Assembly: GCF_001194135.2 (NCBI RefSeq)
Contig: NC_069006.1
Coordinates: 24,494,785-24,545,528 of the forward strand
Source: Octopus bimaculoides
Lineage: Eukaryota
Reading direction: 5' to 3'
Length of the DNA stretch: 50,744 nucleotides
Shown: positions 46,975-50,744 of the stretch, one piece after another
Position numbering within the stretch: the first letter of the stretch is position 1
Layout: each line of letters opens with the position of its first letter
Notes under the pieces: model-generated
What the model was told of the DNA's origin: nothing
Seen by the model: only the letters and a program-made list of their open reading frames with translations
Databases searched by the model: none
Program-made: the position numbers and the translations under genes

Positions 46975-47190
46975 CCTGGCCAAGCTTGTTTGGACATGTT
47001 CAGCCCATACATGCCCTCCATCCTGGTCTCGCATCAGTTGAGGAATGTCTTCGGGGAGGCATCCAGAGTCCCTGGTGAGTTGGTTAATATACGTTGTGTT
47101 CGGATGACCTGTGGATGCTGGGTGCTTTTAACGTGGGGCCGCACAAGCGCTTCAACGTGGCACTGGCACAGAACTCTTGCAGGCCATTCC
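46975..47190 (-). mobile_element. RTE/RTEX-like LINE C-terminal remnant
   Basis: minus frame GHPNTTYINQLTRDSGCLPEDIPQLMRD resembles the GRPxxTYxDQLxxDxG...LMxDR pattern. Confidence 0.55.
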
Positions 47191-47519
47191 TCCTTTTTGT
47201 TGAAATACTGTTTTCGTTTCAATTAGTTTTCAAAATGATGAATGATTTAGTAAAATAAATATGTTATTAAGCCGGTGTTTGGATCATAGCATAAAAATTC
47301 CGATGGATGGTTTTAATGTAGATCACTTTAACCCTTTTGCTACCATAGTTCTGATGAAATTCGTTTGTTTCAATTAATTTTGAAAATAATGAAGAATTTA
47401 TTGAAATAACTTTGTCGTTATTAAGCTGGTATTTGGAACATGAATTAACGTGAAATTCTGATGGGAAGTTTTGGTTTAGATCACTTTAATCCTTCTATTA
47501 CAATCGGCCTGCCTCCTTT

Positions 47520-47899
47520 GTCATCTTCTCTGCTTGCTTGGCCATGTGATTTGGATGCCAGCTAACTGACTCCCAAAGATGGTCCTCTTCAGCAAGAATG
47601 AGACTGAAAATAGGCCTCAAACGGTCTCTCGTATTATATGGTGTCTCTCCCACTCAGTTGGAGCCATTGAAATGCTAGAACACAGGAGACTGCATGAAGA
47701 GAGGAGTAGACGTCACCATGAACCCCCCTGCAGCTGTTGTTTGGGGGCCAATTTCGGTGCCTTCTGCCTATCTGATCTCAGTCTTGTCAACCATGTCCGC
47801 TCCTATATGAAACAATGTAATGAAGGCAGGCAGGGGGAGGATGACTGTCTTGGATCGACACTTGTCATTGCGTTTGATGGGCTGACATAAGCTAAGCTA
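47520..47899 (+). mobile_element. RTE-type LINE 3' end
   Basis: LLGHVIWMPAN*LPKMVLFS (cf. WLGHVxRMxxxRLPK), later CLSDLSLVNHVRS, tail taagctaagcta. Confidence 0.7.
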
Positions 47900-47922
47900 C
47901 TGGCTGTAGTCAACCCCTTTGA

Positions 47923-48065
47923 CCCTTTAGCATCTAAACCAGTCATATCCAGTCAAAACATTCCACTTGCTTTATGTTCAAAGCTTCAAGATAATCCTTG
48001 ATTAGTTCAAGACAATGTGAATAAATGAACATCACATTTGACGGAGAAATCTGGAAGCTAAACGG
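47923..48065. mobile_element. internally deleted TTAA MITE
   Basis: ccctttagcat start, gctaaacgg|ttaa end. Confidence 0.6.
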
Positions 48066-48274
48066 TTAAAGGAGAATGTACTTCTGCCTGGTTTAACTGA
48101 AATTCAACACATGCACACTTAAGTCCATTGCAGTGACCAAATATATCTCATTAAAACTTACAGAACATTTTCATCATCATCATCATCATCATCACCATCA
48201 CACTCAAAACAAAAACTGCCACCATTGCATAACGTGTCTATGCAGGAGTATTGCAAATTCCCTTTTCATTTAAC

Positions 48275-48657
48275 TCTCTTTACTCTTTTACTTGTTTCAG
48301 TCATTTCACTGTGGCCATGCTGGAGCACTGCCTTTAGTCGAGCAAATTGACCCCAGGACTTATTCTTTGGAAGCCTAGTACTTATTGTATCGGTCTCTTT
48401 TGCCGAACCGCTAAGTTACGGGGACATAAACACACCAGCATCGGTTGTCAAGCAGTGTTGGTGGGGGCAAGCACAGACACACACGCATATATATACGACG
48501 AGCTTCTTTCAGTTTCCGTCTACCAAATCCACTCACAAATCTTTGGTTCGCCCAAGGCTGTATTAGGAGACACTTGCCCAAGGTGCCATGCAGTGGGACT
48601 GAACCCAGAACCATGTGGTTGGTAAGCAAGCTTCTTACCACACAGCCACTCCTACGC
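48275..48657 (-). mobile_element. SINE family A, full length, reverse
   Basis: reverse complement of 392-760 including head and tail. Confidence 0.85.
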
Positions 48658-49229
48658 CTATCTAACATTTTAAAACAGAAATCGAAATTACTGTTAAACA
48701 TTAATTATTCTTCCCATTAAAATTCTGCTTCTCCCAATTTTGCTGTTACCTATTCCACCCGTTGCATCAAAATGGCTGTTTGTTTTGAGGACAGGGAGTC
48801 GTTCCATCCTATAGTGATTTCAAATACATAGCATCCTTCTCTCCAATATCCTCACACAATTTCAATAAATGGCTTCTTGTTTTGCTTTCGGTTTTCTTTC
48901 TTTCTTTTTTTAATCAGGTGCAAGGACCATTTGAAAGGGTTAGAAATAGACTTGACTGCTCCCTCTACCTGTTCCTGTCTATGTTATAAACCCTGCAGAA
49001 ATCATGTTTTGTGTACATGTGGGTGTTTTTGAACATAGATGATATATAACTGTTATATACTCACATATTTGTATATATGCATGTACATATACACACATAC
49101 ATACATGTATATAACGCTGACTGAAGCCTTGTAATTGAATTTATTTGGTGAAGTTCTTGTCATGTGTATATGTGTGTGTGACAGTGCTTGTGTGTCCTTG
49201 AACAGATAAGGAAATGACATGTATGTATA

Positions 49230-49453
49230 CAAGGGGACGCTGAAAAGTCCCTTGCTTTAAAGGGTATTACGAAAGGCTTGGTTAGAAGCCCAACCTTCCG
49301 AGCTCTTTTACAGGGACTTAGAAAAGCTGAAGGACCCCTGCAATAAGTGTGTAAATCTGAGAGAGGAATATGTTGAATAAGATCATAATTAACTCATCCT
49401 CATCCTGTATTTTTCTTTTACCCAAAGCCAGGAACTTTTCCAGCATCCCCTCA
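49230..49453 (+). mobile_element. mariner deletion derivative (MITE)
   Basis: TA-flanked TIRs caaggggacgctgaaaagtcccttgcttt / aaagccaggaacttttccagcatcccctca; interior reads EKLKDPCNKCVNLRGEYVE* (mariner transposase end). Confidence 0.8.
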
Positions 49454-49802
49454 TATATATAAACACACACACACATGGAACATATATGTGTACATGCAAA
49501 CACACATCTATATAATTGAATGAGTTATTTTAAAGATTGTTGTTCATCATATTTTTATGTTAATTAATGTTCTAATTTGCATTTGTTATGTTTTTTTTAT
49601 ATTTTTTTTTTCTTTAATCGTGTTTAATAATTGCTTTCTGTATTACTAAATAATACACCCTGATATTGATTAGATGTCTTTTGCATGATATATGTTTGTT
49701 AGCTATCCCACGATTCCCTCCTGCTTTAGCTCATTTGATTATATATATATATATATATCAGGTTTCCCTTTCATAATGTATTTAGAGTTTGTGTATGTGC
49801 GC

Positions 49803-49807
<5 letters not shown>

Positions 49808-49868
<61 letters not shown>
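49808..49868. repeat. (TA)n microsatellite
   Basis: direct inspection. Confidence 0.9.
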
Positions 49869-49870
<2 letters not shown>

Positions 49871-50744
49871 GGAGTAGTTTTGGTGAAGTATTGCGTGGTA
49901 TTACTTTAAAGCGATTCATTGTGTGAGGCAGGAACAGTTTGAGAAGATACAGAGTAAACTCCAAAAGGAAAACAAAACTATACAAAGTTGTAGTCATACC
50001 TTGTCCTTCTATATTTCAGTGTTATGATCCCTTCTTCAGGACATCTGGAAAGGCAAAGGATAGAAATCACTTTTCTAAATGTCCTGAAGAAGGGCTTATT
50101 GCCCCAAAATATCAGAATATGAGGTAAAACTATACCTTTTTGTTTCATTTCCCTCTTGTGGTTTATTTTGTGTCTTCTCGCATTGTCCCAGCCTTACACA
50201 ACAAATCTCTTTGAAACGCACACAGACACATTTGTGTGTATACATGTATGATGTCTTTATGTACATTTATTTGTCTTGTATCCTTGCTATTGAGCGCGTC
50301 TTATGTTCCCTCTTTGCAGATGATTAAATAACTAAGTTAGTGCGCTGCCTTCACTGTCAAACCGGCTATTGATGATTGGGGTCCCTCTTAGTCTTAACAG
50401 GCTCCTCAACCCCGCCCGCATAGCCTGTAACAAGCCAAAAACTAACCATTTCCCCCATGAACAACCAGCAGAAAGAGAGGGGTCACTGAAGACTTTCACA
50501 GTTCACCGACAGTTGTTACTGTGCCACAGACTCCACCTTCTTTTATTGGATAGCATCTCAGAACGTTGATTTGCGATTTGCTAACCTCAGTACAGGCTAC
50601 CAAGCTGACAGTAGTGGTCTGGCCTTTGTACTCTACTCATCACCACCACCACCACCACCACCACCATCCCACTCTGAACTCCTTGCAGTTAACTGTAGTG
50701 GGGGGGGGGGCAATAGAGCAGTCAGCTTGCCCTTTGTTGTTGAC

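Noticed and set aside
1-50744. CRISPR arrays, operons or viral genes
   Set aside because: No repeat-spacer arrays or such ORFs; eukaryotic intron-exon architecture throughout

Overview
AT-rich, microsatellite- and SINE-rich animal genomic DNA with 10 assembly gaps. The repeat families look like Octopus/coleoid cephalopod DNA (inference). The window is dominated by one + strand gene, the NCoR/SMRT (nuclear receptor corepressor) orthologue. I traced 21 GT-AG coding exons by hand from 219 to 45836. They join phase-consistently into one open frame of about 2092 codons. It covers the end of the GPS2/TBL1-binding RD1 region, SANT1/DAD, a Cys-rich insert, SANT2, a 2979-nt exon carrying PPPLI, GSI, ITS-like and CoRNR motifs, and a polyQ exon. 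The 5' end lies upstream of the window and the usual C-terminus (last CoRNR box, LSD motif) was not found. Introns contain tRNA-derived SINEs, TTAA (piggyBac-like), hAT and Tc1/mariner MITEs, and RTE-type LINE 3' remnants. The most interesting observations are a putative double zinc-binding module between the two SANT domains, a NAGNAG acceptor giving an R/SR micro-variant, extra CoRNR-like helices, degenerate hammerhead-like motifs, long intronic hairpins, and a CpG-rich intronic patch with a candidate microexon or alternative first exon. No prokaryote-type system or CRISPR array is present.
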